Below are positions 62,900-64,000 of a stretch of DNA of 64,000 nt, piece by piece; position 1 is the first letter of the stretch, and each line of letters begins with the position of its first letter. The notes beneath the pieces were generated by a model. It saw nothing but the letters and a program-made list of their open reading frames with translations. It ran no database searches and was not told where the DNA came from. Source of the DNA: Lama glama (taxonomy: Eukaryota); contig CM052818.1 of NCBI GenBank assembly GCA_028534125.1, positions 45,944,001 through 46,008,000 of the forward strand, read 5' to 3'. Both the position numbers and the translations under genes were made by a program.

Positions 62900-63805
62900 C
62901 AGCCCCTTCCTTTCCCACGTGGGCAGTAGAGGTGATTTGCCCTGAAGAGACCCTACGTGGAGTCTGCAGGTGCCCAGAAGGATCCCTAGAGGTCCCCAGC
63001 CAATAGCCAGTAAGGAGCAGAGGACTCCAGCCAACAGCCAGGTGAGGAAGCCCTCTTGGAGGTGGGTCTGCTGCTGGAAAACAGGTTCTTGTCCCGCTCA
63101 GGAAAGAATTCAAGAGCGAGGCATAGCATAGTGAAGTGAAAGCAAGTTTATTCAGGGAGATGCGCACTCCACAGACAGAGTGAAGTACGTCTCACTCTGA
63201 AGGGCGAGCGGCTTAGGAGGTGCGCACTCCGCAGGCAGGACGCAGGCTGTCTCTAAAGGCAAGAGGGAGGGAGACCGAGACGCATGGGGGGGTTAGTTTA
63301 AAATAAAAGTAGACACACACTCATGTAGAGCAAGGGCCGTCTCAGGAGGCAAGGGAGGGACTGCGAGGTGCAGGGCTGTTCGTTTTTATGGGCTCAGTAA
63401 TTCCGTATGCTAACGAGTAGGAGGATTATTCCGACAATTTTGGGGAAGGGGCAGGAATTTCCAGGAATCAGGAACCACTTTTTGACCTTTTATGGGCAGC
63501 CTAGGAGCTGTCACGGCCCCTGTGGGTGTCTCATGGGGCTCAAGGTCGACTGGAAGTCAAATCTTCTGCCATCTTGGTTCTAACCAGTTTGTCTTGTCTT
63601 CAGCTGCTGTCTTATTCCTTCAGTGGTTGTGCCCTGCCCTCTTCCCACCTGTCTCAGGTCCTCAAGCTCTTTCAAGGCTTTCGATGACACAGATCTAGCC
63701 AATAGCTTGACTGCAACCTCACAAGAGACCCTGAGCCAGAACCACCCAGCTCAGCCACTGCCGAATTCCTGACCTTCAGAAACTGTGGGGGAGAATAAAT
63801 GGTGG
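62900..63805 (+). mobile_element. MaLR LTR (MLT1F-like), split by an ERV1 LTR
   Basis: cagccaatagccagtaagg...cttggaggtgggtc continues after the insert as ...cttgactgcaacctcacaagagaccctgagccagaaccacccagct...aattcctgacc...aataaatg. Confidence 0.75.
63069..63656 (-). mobile_element. MER41-like ERV1 solo LTR
   Basis: TG...CA termini with a perfect 4-bp TSD ggtc (63065-63068 and 63657-63660). caggaaagaattcaagagcgag and tttatt are the antisense U5 and polyA signal. Confidence 0.85.
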
Positions 63806-64000
63806 ATCAAACCAGCCTCTGATTTCTCACCCCTCCTCCCCCAGCAGCCCTGCATATCCAGGAGAGCCTGGCCACGTACCATCTATCACTTGCAGACAGG
63901 GTTACCAGCACATCCAGGCATAGGCAGACATCTTTAAGGACCTCTGGAAGTAACAGAGGGGTCCTTGGGGGACCTTCCGGTGAGGGCAGATCAGAGAATA

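Noticed and set aside
57261..63656. Full provirus between two LTRs
   Set aside because: The LTRs are opposite in orientation and diverged, the second has its own TSD, and no gag/pol/env sequence lies between them.

Overview
This is mammalian genomic DNA, most likely camelid (alpaca, llama or camel). The assignment rests on four tRNA-Ala-derived SINEs of the vic-1 type and a young artiodactyl-type L1 3' end. The window looks intergenic or intronic: AT-richer and dominated by old LINEs up to about 20.5 kb, then GC-rich and dense in MIR and L2. I recognise no functional protein-coding exon, rRNA, true tRNA or CRISPR array, and nearly all listed ORFs look like chance GC-rich or repeat-derived frames. 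Two gene-derived features are supported, both retrocopies: a TSD-flanked, intronless PCBD2 copy with an unbroken frame but no start ATG (54.3-54.8 kb), and a decayed cTAGE/MIA2-like copy split by an L1 3' fragment (35.6-36.8 kb). Other points of interest are a 56-bp inverted templated copy, strong AT-to-GC skew in the cTAGE block, two related MER41-like solo LTRs (one with a perfect GAS motif), a close pair of CTCF motifs and several motif-dense unique islands. I found no support for a novel multi-gene system. Repeat family names come from recalled consensus sequences, and boundaries without TSDs are approximate.
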